Positions 23,790-37,094 of a stretch of DNA of 46,954 nucleotides are shown here, piece after piece. The stretch is from Chiloscyllium plagiosum (taxonomy: Eukaryota). The first letter of the stretch is position 1, and each line of letters starts with the position of its first letter. The translations under genes and the position numbers were made by a program. Below the pieces are notes generated by a model. The model was not told the DNA's origin and searched no databases. It saw nothing but the letters and a program-made list of their open reading frames with translations. Location: the NCBI RefSeq assembly GCF_004010195.1, contig NW_025214837.1:5482-52435 (forward strand). Direction: 5' to 3'.

Positions 23790-26700
23790 TGAAACCAGAG
23801 AATGGAGAATGGGGAACAGGGAAATGGCAGAACAATGAAGCCACTACTTCAATTCTGTCTTCACAAAACTTTCTAACATTACAAAGAAAACCGAGTCTGG
23901 AGTGGGAAAATGATTGAATACATGGAACAATAAACTTAGTAAGTAAATGGTTTAGCAGACATTATTATTGCTGAAAATAATGGTCATAGACAACACTAAC
24001 ATAATTTTTGAAATGGGAATTATGTTTGAGAAACAGACTGGGAGACAAATGAAAGAGAAGCAATGGATGTAAAACATTTTGATTTTTAGAGAAATTTTGG
24101 TAAAGCTCTATGCCCAGTTTGCAAAATCAAATCTTAATGGATTGGGGCTAATGTATGGGCATGTTTCTAGAATGGGAGAGCTGACAGGAAACAGTGAATA
24201 GAAATAAACAGACTCGTCAAGCATCAGCATGACATTGTCTGTAAGGTGTGATTCTGTAAGGTATAAGTCTTTCCATATCTAGTCAAAAAAGGTTGGAGAC
24301 AATTGAACAATTCACCGGAGGAAGAGATTCCACAAATATCCCCTTCCTCCATGATGCAAAAGCCCAGAACATTAGTGTATAAGATAAGGCTGATTTATTC
24401 GCAACAATCTTCAGTCAGAAGTACTGAGTGGATGATCTATTTCAGACTATGTTCCAGACTCTCTCTCACCTTCCCCGGATATCTCCTGTTTCATCAGCAG
24501 GACGGATACAGCAGAAGTGGCGGCACATTGGGATACAGTTGGAAGGGAATTGCTCTTGGAGTCCTCAACAGTAACTCTGTATCCCATGATTTCGAATGGC
24601 ATTAGTTTACTCATGGGAAAGGAAACGTCCTGCTGATTACCCATGTACCAGCCTCTTTTAACTGATGAATCAGTACTCCTCCATGCTGATCAACACTGGG
24701 AGGAAGGACTGAGGGTAGCACGGACGTAAGATGTACTCTGGGTAGCGGATTTCAATGTCCACCTCCAAGAGTATCTCAGCTACAGCAATACTGATCGAGC
24801 TAACCGGGTCCTAAAGGATATAACTGCTAGACTGGCAAGTGGTGAAGGAACCAACAAGTGGAAAATACATACTGACCACAGACTTACTCATCTGCCAGTT
24901 GCAGAAGTAGCGGTGCGTGACAGTATCGGTAAGAGTGGCCACCGCATAGTCATTTTGGAGACAAAGTCACACCTGCACATTGAGAATAGCCTCCACTATT
25001 GTGGGTGGTACTATCACAGTGCTTAATAGGACAGACTTCGAACAGATCTAGCAGCTCAAGTCTGGGTGCCCATAAGGTATTGTGGTCCATCTATAGGAGC
25101 AGAATTGTACACCACACAACCTCATGGCCTGGTGTATCCCCTTCGCAACAATTACCATCAATCCAGAGGTTCATCATTGGTTCAATGGAGTGTGCAGGAT
25201 GGCAGGAGCAGCACCAGGCATACCTGACAATGAGGTGTCAGCCTGGTGATGCCACCAAACAGGACAACTTGAGCACCAAACAGCATAAGCAATAAGAGAT
25301 AGACAGAGTTAAGTCATCCCACAAGCAAAGGATCAGATCTAAGCTCTGCAGTCCTTCCACACCTAGTCTAGAAACGTTGGAGACGATTAAACAATTCACT
25401 GGAGGAAAAGATTCCACAAATAACCCATTTCTCCATGATGTAAGAGCCCAGCACTTCAGTGTATAAAATAAGGCTGGTCCATTCGCAACAATCTTCAGTC
25501 AGAAGTGCTGAGTGGATGATCCATTTCAGCCTCCTCCAGTGGTCGTCAACAATTCAGTTACCAGTCATCAACCAATTTGATTCAGTCCACGCGATATCCA
25601 GAAATGGTTGGAGATACTGAATACTCCAAAGGGTCCAAACTCTGACAACATTCTGGCAATAGTACTGAAAACTTGTGCTCCATAACTTGCCACTCTCCTA
25701 GCCAAACTGTTTCAACACAGTTACAACAATGGCTTTCCCCGATTATATGGAGAATTACCCCAAGTATCTCCTGTATATAAAAAGTGGAAGAAATCCAATC
25801 CGGCCAATCACCACCTCATCAGTCTACTCGAGATCATCAGTAAAGTGGTGGAAGATCTCAGTGCTTTTACGCAACACTTGCTCAGCAATACCCTGGTCAA
25901 TGACGCCCAGTTTGGGCTCCACCAGCGCCACGCAGCTCCTGACCTCATTACCGTGGTTCAAACACGGACGAAAGAGTTGAATTCCAGAGGTGCGGTGAGA
26001 GCGATAGACCTTTAAATCAAGGCTACCTTCGACCAAGTGTGGTATCAAGGGGCCTTAGCAACACTGGAATCAATGGGTATCAGAGGGAAACTCCCTGCTG
26101 GTTAGATTCATAACTGACACGTAGGAAAGTGGTAATGGCTGATGAAGGTCAGTCAACTCAGCTCCAAGTCTGTAGGAGTCCCTCGAGCAGTGACCAAAAA
26201 CGTCTTCAGGGCTGCTTCATCAATGACCTTCCCTCCATTTTAAGGTCAGAAGTGGGAATGTTCGCCAATGATTATACAAAGTTTTGCAACATTTGTGGCT
26301 CCACAGACACTGAAGCAGTCCATGTTCAAATGTGACAAGATCTGGACAGTATCCAGGCTGGCAATTGGCAAGTAATATTCAGGCCACACAAATGCCAGAC
26401 CATGACCATCACCAATAAAATACAATCTAAGCTGCCCCTTGGCATTCAATGGTGTTACTATCAGTGCATCCCCCAGTATCAAATTCCTGATGGATAATCA
26501 CTGCTCAGACACTCACTGGTCTCGCCAGATGAACACAGTAACTATAAGAGCGGGTCCGAAGCTAGGAATACTGCGGCGAGTAACTCACATCCTGACTTCC
26601 AAACGTCTGTCCATCATCTACAATGCAGAAGTCAGAAGTGTAATAGAAGACTCCCAATTTGCCTGAATGAATGCAGTTCCAACACTCAAGAAGCTTTATA

Positions 26701-28310
26701 CCATCCAGAACAAAGCAACGAGTTTGACTGTCCCTTCATCCACAATGCTCCACCATCAACGCTCAGCAGCAGCAGCAGTGTTTTACTATCTACATGCTGC
26801 AATGAAATGATTCACCAAAGATCCTCAGAGACCACCTTCCCAACTCACTACCACGTCTATCTAGAAGGACAAGGGCTGCAGATGTATGGAAATACCATCA
26901 TCTTTAGGTTCCCCTCCAAGCCAGTCACCATCTTGACTTGGAAATATATCACTACACCTTCACAGTCGCTGGGTGTGAATCCTGGAATTCCCTCCATAAT
27001 GGCATTGGAGGTCAACAGCAGCAGGTGGATTGCAGCGTTCAACCATGCAGCTCACCACCACTTTCTCAAGGGCAATTAGGGACAGGCAATAAATGCTCGC
27101 CCAGCTAGTGATACACAGATTCACGAAATAAATAAAATACAAATTGACAGAGGAAGTTTGCTGAGGTGTCACAGGGATCAGTGCTTGGGGCCCAGCTATT
27201 CACAATGCCCTTTAAACATTTGGCTGCGGGAATAAGATACAATACATCTCAGTCTGCTGACAGCACTAACGGATGTGGGATGATGAGTGGGTGATGAGGA
27301 TGTAAAAAAAGCACCGAGAAGACGAAGACAAGTGGAGTGAATGGGTAAATACGTGACAGATGGAGAACAATGTGGATAGAGGTGACAGTGTGTCCTTTGC
27401 TGAAAAAGATGAATTGACAGCCTACCATTTGAAAGGGATTGGTTGAAAAATGTTGATTTACAAAGGGACGTGTGTTCCTTTTTGTTGTTTCCTTCTGCAT
27501 TAACCTCTGAGCTCCCCGCAGCACGGGGAGTTCTGTAACAAGAAGTCAATACTAGGAATGACATTGCCACGCTGACCAGTGTACATAGAACCAGCAAGTG
27601 GGGAGCTATGACATTGAAAAGGATCTGGATTTCCTTCTACACCAGTCACTGAAAGCAATATTGCTGGAAAGAAATCAGATAAGAAGATAAATGGTCTGCT
27701 GACCTTCATTTCAAGGGGATTTGAGTCCAGGAGATAGGGTGTCTTACTGTAACTGTACAGGGACTTGGTGAGACATCATCTCAAACATCGTGCAGTATTG
27801 TGGGCTGTTCTGATCTCCGTACCCAGTAAAGGACAAACCTGACATTGATGGAGAGCAGTGAAGGATGACCAGACTGATCTCTGGGATGATGGGCTTGTTG
27901 TGGGAGCAGAGTTTGGGGTGACTGGGCCAGTATTCCATTTGGTTTAGGACAATGAGTGGAGATCTCAGTGAAATATACAAATCTCTGACAGGTTGAAACA
28001 GATTGAAAGCAGGAATGATAATTCCCCTGGCTGGGACGTCTAAAACAAGGAGCCACAGTATTAGGTACAGACAGGCCATTCTTCATTGAGATGAGAATAA
28101 ATGCCTGTACTCACTGACTGGTGAATATGGGGAATTCTCTCGCATCGGGAAACCAAGACAGTGATTATAAATAAGGATTTAGAGACAGTAAAGGGTCGGT
28201 GGGAGAGCAGGAGTCCGGTGTGGAAATGATGGGCCAACCATCATTACATTGAGTTGGGTAGCAAACTTGATGGACCAAACGTACTACTGCTCTTCCTATT
28301 TTATAGCTTC
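23790..28310 (+). mobile_element. Old CR1 split by a nested LINE (pieces ~23790-24217 and ~27145-28310)
   Basis: Left piece ends in an ADRKQ.IEIN-like stretch; right piece resumes GV.QGSVLGPQLFT and continues to a CR1 3' tail. Confidence 0.65.
24230..27140 (+). mobile_element. Degenerate CR1/L2-group LINE ORF2 (APE plus RT), distinct from the HER1 type
   Basis: FPGYLLFHQQD..SRSGGT, WVADFNVH, DQFGLH-like, FDQVW, CFINDLPSI.RSEVGMFAND; ends gcaataaatgct...aaataaataaaa. Confidence 0.82.
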
Positions 28311-28689
28311 CCAAGGTTACTCACATTAACGGATATGTATATCGTGTGGGGTAAGTGCATTGAGGAGATTTTGTCCATGAACTAGAATGGGGGAGGCTCA
28401 AAGTGTTGTATGACCTACTCCTTTCCCGCTGTTTCTGTGCAGTCTGTGGAAAAGATCTGTAAATGCTGTCAAAGCTCTCGGATGTTAGGAAGGGGGTCTC
28501 TGCAGTGTCGACAGGACTGTGTTCCCATTCTCTTTCCGACACTGGCGCTGAGGCTGGATGTTCTGTCCGGTTTTATCCTTTCAGACACCGGAGTAGTTTA
28601 ATACAAATGAGTGCCTTGATTGACCGTTTCACAGACCATTGAAATGTTTATAACATGTCAGGCTCTTTGGAGTCAGTTTTAGGACAGCC

Positions 28690-28897
28690 CAGGAAATCAT
28701 GGGCGATCCACTTTCTAAAAGTATATTGGAGAAGGAAATTCTGTTTACAATTGATATTGGCTTCAAGGTCACTCTTACTGACACCAGATTTTAGATCTTG
28801 ATTTTTTATTAATTGTTTTTAACTTCCACTAGCTGCCAGAGCATTAGCATGGTCTGGATTAGTAATCCAGTGACATTTCCACTGCAGCACCATCTTC
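28690..28897 (-). mobile_element. Degenerate tRNA-headed SINE fragment
   Basis: Reverse complement begins agatggtgctgcagtggaaatgtcactggattactaatccaga, a SINE-like head. Confidence 0.45.
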
Positions 28898-28899
28898 AC

Positions 28900-29712
28900 A
28901 TGGGAATCTGTCGGAAACCACACTGAGCAGGTTATTTCTGTGCTGCTTGACGGCTCTGTCAAAAAAAAACTCCCACCAATTTGACTGTCGTGATGGGATT
29001 GAGGGGGTGGTAATTGGTCAGATTGTAATTATTCCCCTCTTAGGGAATGGGACATAGCTGAGTAATTTTCCACATTGCCAGGGACATATTAGAGTTGTAT
29101 AAGGAATGAAACAGCTTCCTCAGGGACATGGCTTGTTGTGCAGCACAAGTCTTCAGTCCTATTGCAGGAATGGGGTCAGGACCCATTGCCTTTGTAGTAT
29201 CTATTTTATTCAGCTGTTTCTTAATGATATGTACATCAAATCGAATTGGTTGAAGATTAGCATCTGTTATTTTGTGGGCATCATGATGAGGGTGAGGTGT
29301 ATCATCGACTCAACACTTCTGGTAGAGGATGGTGCAAATAAAACATCCTTCTCTTTTACACTGATGTGCAGGTCTGTTCCATTATTTAGGATGGGGGTTT
29401 TAGTGGAGCCCTTTCCTCCGTCATTTGTTTAATCGTCCATCACCATTTATGACTGACTGTGGCAGAACTGCAGGGCTTTGTTCAGATCTGTCGGTAAAGT
29501 CCGGTAGCTTTAATGAGTTAGCATCAGGTTAAGGTTCATGTGATTCTGACTCTGATATCATCACCCACACTCGTCACTGAGCCATAGATGGCGTTGATGG
29601 TAATGGAAGACTGAGGTGTTATCCTGGCAAAAAGTTACAGGTTGTGGTTTAATGCATGTCTGCCTCTCCTGATGCTGTGGTCTACAGCACTACATGAATA
29701 CGCAGTTTCGAG
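28900..29712 (-). mobile_element. Degenerate fragment of the same LINE family as 24230-27140
   Basis: Reverse complement aligns by eye with gtactgaaaacttgtgctc, attcgcaacaatcttcagtcagaagtg and the APE segment. Confidence 0.65.
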
Positions 29713-29720
29713 CTGCAATA

Positions 29721-30042
29721 GATTAGATTAGATTAGATTACATTACAGTGTAAAACAGGCCCTTTGGCCCAACAAGTCCACACCGACCCGCCGAAGCGAA
29801 ACCCACCCATACCCCTACATTTACCCCTTACCTAACACAACGGGCAATTTAGCATGGCCAATTCACCTGACCCTGCACATCTTTTGGACTGTGGGAGGAA
29901 ACCGGAGCACCCGGAGGAAACCCACGCAGACACGGGGAGAACGTGCAAACTCCACACAGTCAGTCGCCTGAGGCGGGAATTGAACCCGGGTCTCAGGCGC
30001 TGTGAGGCAGCAGTGCTAACCACTGTGCCACCGTGCCGCCCA
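29721..30042 (-). mobile_element. HE1-type SINE, full length, with 8-bp TSD
   Basis: Complete head and (taatc)n tail; ctgcaata at 29713-29720 and 30043-30050. Confidence 0.95.
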
Positions 30043-30197
30043 CTGCAATACCTGCAATGTAATTATACAGTCTGATCCCCGATTCTCGCTGAGACCCATT
30101 CACCCATCAGCCCTGCACTCAGTGACCTAACCTGGATTCTGATGTGGAAATGCTTCCATTTGCAAACTCTCATTCTGCCGAACTGTTTTGTTGTTGT

Positions 30198-30585
30198 GCT
30201 ACCAGGAAACATGAACACCAACTAGCCACCAAAAGACATGACCCACTATCACTAGTTTCCATACAGAAAGACAAAGAAGGAAACCACGTTGACTGTGACA
30301 ACACACACTTCCGAGGACAAAGCCATGCATGAAAGTTCTCAGAAGAATGACATTCTAGCCAGATGTACAACAATAAACACATCAATTAGATCCTATCTAC
30401 CTTCCCTTGAACAAAAAATCTGGAAATGACATCACGCACCTTAAGAAACCAAGACCTATAAATAGAAAGACGAGACATAACACCAGTGCACCACCAGAGA
30501 CTCTCACTGATGATGTTACCTAGTCATGGTGACAAAATATCTGAAAACAAACCTTCAAGCTCAGCGAGCTAACTTGCCTACTTAT
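30198..30585 (+). mobile_element. Penelope element 3' end (GIY-YIG C-terminus plus pLTR hammerhead)
   Basis: TRKHEHQLATKRHDPLSLVSI..DKEG.H.D.DNT is typical of the Penelope endonuclease; ctgatga-gttacc/ggtgac stem at 30507-30541. Confidence 0.82.
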
Positions 30586-31374
30586 AAATGGTTATTTTTC
30601 TATTAATAGTCGAATTTGGGACTTCTCTGTCACTCATGTTTTAACAGAGTACGAGGCGAGGTGAGCTCTTCTGGGTGTGTGGTTAAATTAACAGGGGAGT
30701 TAGATATCGCCATCATAACGGTTTGAGGGTTTGTCGTACAGGATTAGGACAGATTTGAACAGATTTGGGGTACAAAAGGTCCCAGCAGATTCCATCACTT
30801 GGCAGTTAGTGACCTAGATCTTCAAATGAAACAGGTGAAAAAATTCATTTAATTTTGTTTCCTTGTGGTTGGTTAATTTAAAAGAAATGGCTTTTAACAT
30901 TACTAAAGAGGTTCTGAGGTTTGAAGATGATTCACAAATTTGCCAAGTAAGTGTAGAAAGACAAAGGAAGGGCATACTTTTAGAATTAACATGTAGATTA
31001 GAATTGGGTTTCACCAGAGACAAAAGGAAAGCTGTCACCATAATGGAGTTGGTCAAGCACTTTGGTGTATCAGAGAAGCAGGCAACTGATGTCGAGTTAG
31101 ACAAAACTTAATTTGCAAATGGAGCAATTGGAGTTAGAAGATAAAGAGAGAGACAGGAAGAGAGAGAGAAGATAGCGAAAGAGAAAGTGAGGAAAAAGGA
31201 AGACGGGAGAATTTGAAATTCAGAAGTTTGTAATTAGATAAGAAAGCTAAATTAGCAGAATGAAGATGAAGGGACAACATAGGGATGTATACAACTTGTT
31301 AATACATTGCGATATTTCGGTGAGAAAAATGCCAAAACCTTTTTTATTTCACTTGCAAAATTGGCTCGACAGAT

Positions 31375-31688
31375 GGCGGCACGGTGGCACAGTGGTTAGC
31401 ACTGCTGCTTCACAGCGCTAGAGATCCGGGTTCAATTCCCGCCTCGAGCGACTGACTGTGTGGAGTTTGCACATTCTCCCTGTGTCTGCGTGGGTTTCCT
31501 CCGAGTGCTCCGGTTTCCTTCCACTGTCCAAAGATGTGCAGGTTAGGTGAATTGGCCATGCTAAATTGCCCATAGTGTTAGGTGCAGGGGTAAATGTAGG
31601 GGAATGGGTCTGGGTGGGTTGCGCTTCGGCGGGTCGGTGTGGACTTGTTGGGCCGAAGGGCCTGTTTCCACACTGTAAGTAATCTAAT
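31375..31688 (+). mobile_element. HE1-type SINE inserted in the Gypsy gag
   Basis: Full SINE body, flanked by atggcg on both sides. Confidence 0.93.
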
Positions 31689-32179
31689 GGCGTGACCAGT
31701 GAACATGTGGGTAATGCTAGTTCAGAGTAAGATGGTTTGCACAGCTTGAGAGGTATGTCCAGTGCTGTCACATGAGGGAGCAAGAGATTATGCAGATGTC
31801 AAACAGGCTATTTTGAGTGGTTATGAATTGGTACTAGATGAATATAGACAGTGGTTCAGAAATGTAGAGACGGAAGCAGGTCAGATTTATGTTGAGTTTG
31901 AAAGAAATAACCACAGTCATTTTGATAAATGTGTAAGCCTTAAAAATAGATAAGACCTGTGAGGCTGGACGAGTTTAAATACTCACTTCCACAGAAGGTA
32001 AGAATTCATGTGAATGAACAGGAACGTCCAGAAGTGAGAAGCGCAGCAGAAATGGCATTTAAGTATGCATTGGTGCATGAGATGAAATTTAGCTTCTGGG
32101 AGGATTTTCATCCTATTGAGGGATAGAAATTGGGAGAAGGGGAGATCTTACACTACAAAACAGAGGAAAGCACACTGGC

Positions 32180-32320
32180 AATAAGACCATAAGACATAGG
32201 AGTGGAAGTAAGGCCATTCGGCCCATCGAGTCCACTCCGCAATTCAATCATGGCTGATGAGCATTTCAACTTCACATACCTGCATTTTCCCCGTAGCCCT
32301 TAATTCCTTGTGACATCAAT
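32180..32320 (-). mobile_element. CR1 3' tail inserted in the Gypsy gag
   Basis: ataagaccataagacataggagtggaagtaaggccattcggccc is the reverse CR1 3' end. Confidence 0.8.
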
Positions 32321-32754
32321 AGTTTACCACCGGTGAAAAAGAAGCCCAAGGGGGTTGAAAGGTGGTGAATGGCCTCAGGTGTTCTCACTATAACGGAGCA
32401 GAACATATAAAATTCCAGTGCCGATGGTTTAAGAAGGGCACAAGGAAAAGTTGTTTTCACTGCAGTAAACTGGGACACACAGTGCTGGGGGTTGAAGGAA
32501 GAAACTTTGGGAAAAGATGTGGTAAAAGAGTTTAAGCTAGTGGTATTAGTGAAACTGGTAAAGGAGACCCCAAGTAGAGTCGAGGAGATGCAGGAGAGTG
32601 CACAGCCTACGAAGGGGCTGTGTGTGGAGTCAGTGCCTGATCTCTATAAAGAATTTGTCTCCGTCGATAAAGCTTACTAAGAAAAAATAGGGTGTGGGGG
32701 AGGACAAGAAGTTATAATATTGCAAGATACGGGATCTGTTCAGTATCTAATAGT

Positions 32755-33197
32755 TGAGAAGCAAGGAGCTGGAAAGGCACAACAGATCAGGCAGCATCCG
32801 AAGAGCAGGACAATCGACATATCAGGCATAAACCCATGATGAGTTTGGAGAGGGAAGATTTAGAAATTGGTGAAGTCAACGTTGATGCTGTATAGTTTGG
32901 GAGTCCAAATGTCCTACCACCGATTCACTTCACCCTCGTCTCTAACCTATCACCATAACCTCCTACCTGCATCTACCTATTGCCTTCCATCTACCGCCCA
33001 CCCAGCTCCAACCCCACCCTCCTAATTATTTCTCAACCCCCTTCCCCCTCCCTTACCCCCACTTTCCTGATGAAGGACTTATGCCTGAAACGTCAACTCT
33101 CCTCCCCCTCGGAAGCTGCCTACCTGCTGTGCTTTTTCAGCCCTATACTTTTCAACTCTGATCTCCAGCATCTGCAGTCCTCACTTTCGCTCGGCCT
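32755..33197. mobile_element. Penelope-like insertion with inverted pLTR halves
   Basis: 32760-32836 is the reverse complement of the pLTR end seen at 33067-33140; flanked by aatagt on both sides. Confidence 0.75.
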
Positions 33198-35689
33198 CCA
33201 ATAGTAAGAGTTGGAAGTATTTTCACTCTTTCTGACATGTTACTCAACAGTGTGATAATTTGTGGAATGGGGACAGAAATTAAACATTCCCTGTTTAACA
33301 TTAGGTTGGCGTGCCAAGTCAAGGTTAGGGAAGTAACAGTGAGATTAAGTGACAGGGTGTCAGCTCCAGGAATGCAGTTTGTTCTTGGGAATGATTTAGC
33401 AGAATCCAAGGTAGGAGAGGCACCCCTTGTGGTGGTGAAGCTAAAGTAAGACCAGGGAAGAGGGGAATTAAAAGAAAAATACCCAGGGATTTTTACAGAC
33501 AGTGTAGTAACAAGATCCCACTGTAATAAGTTACAACAGGAAGGAAAACCGAAAGAAAAAAAACAAAGGAGCTGATGCACGGAAGACTCAGGCTAATGCA
33601 TTTCTAGTGGCTGGAATGCACAAGGAAGTGGTTAATTTTTGTTGTACATGTCATACATTCCAAATGGTAGGTACGTCACAGGCAGTTATAAATCCAGCAC
33701 CGTTGTTGCCAATTCCTGTATTCAAAGAACCTTTCACGTGGGTTATGATTAATTGTGTAGCTCCCCATTCCAAATTAAAGTGGAAACCAATATCTGCTGA
33801 TCATAATGGATGTGTCCACCAGATTTCCAGAGGCAATTCCATTACGGAGTGTTAAAGCAAAAGCGGAGGGGGAGGAGGGTAGCTTTCTTTACACACTGTG
33901 GGCTACGCAGTGTGATTCAGTCAGACCAAGGGTCTCATTTTACCAATCAGCTGTTTAAGGACATTTTGGATAGCTTCAGCACACAGCAGTTTAAATCAAG
34001 TGCATCGCATCCCGAATGGAAAGTTGGCATCAGATGCTGAAGACAATATTAACAGCGTACTGTCAGAATTACCCGAATGATTGGAATAAAGGATTTCTCA
34101 TTATATTGTTTGCCATTAGAGATGCCCCAAATAAATCGACTCACTTTACTTCCATGAGTTTATATTCGTATATGAAGTGAGAGGTCCTTTGAAATTAATT
34201 AAGTATAAACTGACAGGACCGAAATCGGAGATCTCACACTTGGATTATGTATCTGAGGTGAGGGATAAATTAGATAGAGTAGGTGAGTTATCTAAACCGC
34301 ACCTGAAGAGGACACAGCATGGAATGAAGCAAGTTGCAGATAAAAACTCTGAAACTTTGACGATATTCCGTGGGGATGACGTATTAGTTGTACCACCAGT
34401 GGTAAGAAATCCCTTCAAAGCCAGGTTTAGTGGCCCCTTTCAAATTAAAAAAGTGTTGAGTCAGTTCAACTATCTGGTAAAGATACCGAAGATGACAAAA
34501 AACGTTAGAGTACGTCATGTGAATGAATAATGCTCCAGACACATCTAAGACTCAGGAACAGAGTTGTGGCCAGATGTACAAATTGTGTAGTTTATCTGTG
34601 TGATGTAGTGTTCTTTAGCAAGTGATTGAAAGCTCACATATTACAATTGGCAGACCATGTTGAACGATTACAAGTAGCAAACTTGGTAATAATCTTAAAG
34701 AAAACAGAATTCTCGAAGGCAGGGGTGAGGTTCTTGGGACATTACATTGGACTTTGAAGGTTGATCCCATGGAACACAAAGATGAAGGGCTTTGAGGAAT
34801 TTCCACGACCATCATCGAAGAAAGAGGTGCTTCGATTTTTGGAACTGGTTGGATTCTATCAGAAGTTTGTTCCAAACTTCAGCAGCGTATTGGCACCACT
34901 GCTGGATTTATTAAAGAATAACACAGAATTGTAGTGTACAGAACAATGCCAGTAGGCATTTGAGAATTTTAAAGCAGGTCTAATCACCGCACCAGTTTTA
35001 GCTGAACCAAATATTTTGAAAACCTTTGAAAATTGCATTTGATGCTCGCGATATAGGGCTCGGAGATGTATTGATACAGTAAGATGAGGATGGAATTGAA
35101 TGGCCAATTAGCTACTTGCCGAAAAACTTAATATCCACCAGAAAAAAATGCAACATCTCCATTATTGAAAAAGAATGATTAAGTTTCGCACTGGGCTGAC
35201 ATTATTTTAATGTTTATATGATAAAGAAATTGTCAGAGATGATCGTGGACAACGACAAACCTCTCGCATTTTTTTTGAATATTTAAAGAAAAGAATATGA
35301 GAGTATTTCATTGGAGTAACTTACAAAATGTACATGCTGTGGTTCCTAAAATGTGATAGCAGATGTGTTATCGCAGATTTAAAGGAAACAGTTTAGATAA
35401 GATTTCACTTTTGCAATGTTAGTTATGTGTGCAGAATTAAGATGTATGGTATAGCTGAGATTAATACTTTTGTAATTCATAATAATGGGATTAAGAATTA
35501 GAGGAAATGAAATGAGGCCATCTTTTCATGCTGCTGTTCCATGTTTTTTTTCCTGAAGTAGGGAGGTGTTATGAAGCCGAAATCATGTCTGGTCACTTTA
35601 AGACAAAACGGGTTTTGCTGAATGGAAAGTACAGCCACAGATGCCAGCTGAATGTCGTTTATCAGAAATTGCCGCTTGATCTTTATCCG

Positions 35690-35905
35690 GTGGGGATGTA
35701 GGTTGAGAAATGGCAAATGGAGTTTAATATAGACGTGTGAGATCTTGCATTTTGGAAACTCAAATCAAGGTAGGAGTTTCATGGTGAATGGGAGGGTCTT
35801 AAGAGGTGTAGTGGGCAGAGAGACCTTGGGGTTCAGCGCACGGTTCTCTCAGAGTGGAGTCACAGGTATACAGGGCAGTGAAAAAGGCTTTTGTCACATT
35901 GGCTG
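35690..35905 (+). mobile_element. CR1 RT fragment
   Basis: EKWQMEFN..CEILHFG, RDLGV. Confidence 0.7.
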
Positions 35906-36107
35906 AGTGCGTAATCGGTAGAGCTGTGAGAGACAAAGAAATGGCGATGCTGAAACACAAGGAGTGGCAGCGATCACTTATTTCCAAAAGAGACATTGAT
36001 GGGGTGAGAAATTCCATACTTTAATAAGGATTGATTGGTTTGATGTATTGCCACATGTTCCTCAATACAGGGCAACACTTTATTTATGAGCATTGGAGGC
36101 AGATCAT

Positions 36108-37094
36108 AGTTAATGATGTAGAAGATGGTATCAGCAATAACATTAGCAAATTTGCTGATGATACAAAGCTGGGTGGCAGGGTGAAATGTGATGAGGATGT
36201 AAGGAGATTACAGGGTGACCTGGACAAGTGAGGTTAGTGGGCAGATGCATGGCAGTTGCAGTTTAATGTGGATAAATGTATGGTTGTCCACTTTTGGTAG
36301 CAAGAACAGGAAGGCAGACTATTACCTCAATGGAATCAATTTATGTAAAGGGGTAGTACAGAGAGATCTGGGTGTTCTTGTACACCAGTCAATGAAGGCA
36401 AGCATGCAGGTACAGCAGGTAGTGAAGAAGGCTAATAGCATGCTGGCCTTCATAACAAGAGGGATTGAGTATAGAAGCAAAGAGGTGCTTCTGCAGCTGT
36501 ACAGGGCCCTGGTGAGACCACACCTGGAGTACTGTATGCAGTTCTGGTCTCCAAATTTGAGACAAGACATTCTGGCTATTGAGGGAGTGCAGCGTAAGTT
36601 CACGAGGTCAATTCCTGGAATGGCAGGATTACCTTACACTGAAAGACTGAAGCGACTGGGCTTGTTTCCCCTTGAGTTTCGAAGATTGAGAGGGGATCTG
36701 ATTGAGACGTATAAGATTATGAAAGGATTGGACACTCTGGCAGTTGGAAACATATTTCCACTGATGGGTGAGTGCTGAACCAGAGGACACAACTTAAAAA
36801 TAAGGGGTGGACCATTTAGGAGAGAGCTCAAGAGAAACTTCTTCACCCAGAGAGTGGTGGCTGTGTGGAATCCTCTGCCCCAGAGGGCAGTGGAGACCCA
36901 GTCTCTGGATTCATTTAAGAAAGAGTTGGATAGAGGTCTCAAAGATAGTGGAATCAAGGGTTATGGAGATAAGGCAGGAACAGGATACTGATAAGGAATT
37001 ATCAGCCATGATTATATTGAATGGCGGTGCAGGCTCGAAGGGCTGAATGGCCTACTCTTGCACCTATTGTCTGTTGTCTATAATCTATTGTCTA
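36108..37094 (+). mobile_element. 5'-truncated CR1/HER1 LINE (RT C-terminus, 3' UTR, tail)
   Basis: ISKFADDTKLGG, RDLGVLVH, LVRPHLEYCMQFWSP, RLRGDLIETYKI; (ctattgt)-type tail. Confidence 0.95.

Larger units (their letters stand above)
30590..35580 (+). mobile_element. Decayed Gmr1-like Gypsy LTR retrotransposon (gag, PR, INT, RT/RNase H)
   Basis: LTR end cataac plus degenerate tRNA-Pro-like PBS at ~30720; gag from 30887; CFHCSKLGH knuckle ~32453; ILQDTGS ~32717; integrase CCTCHTFQ..EPF, IQSDQGSHF 33640-34100; GFYQKFVPNFS, DA.DIGLG, ADVLSQI 34850-35380; PPT and tgttatga ~35558-35574. Confidence 0.85.
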
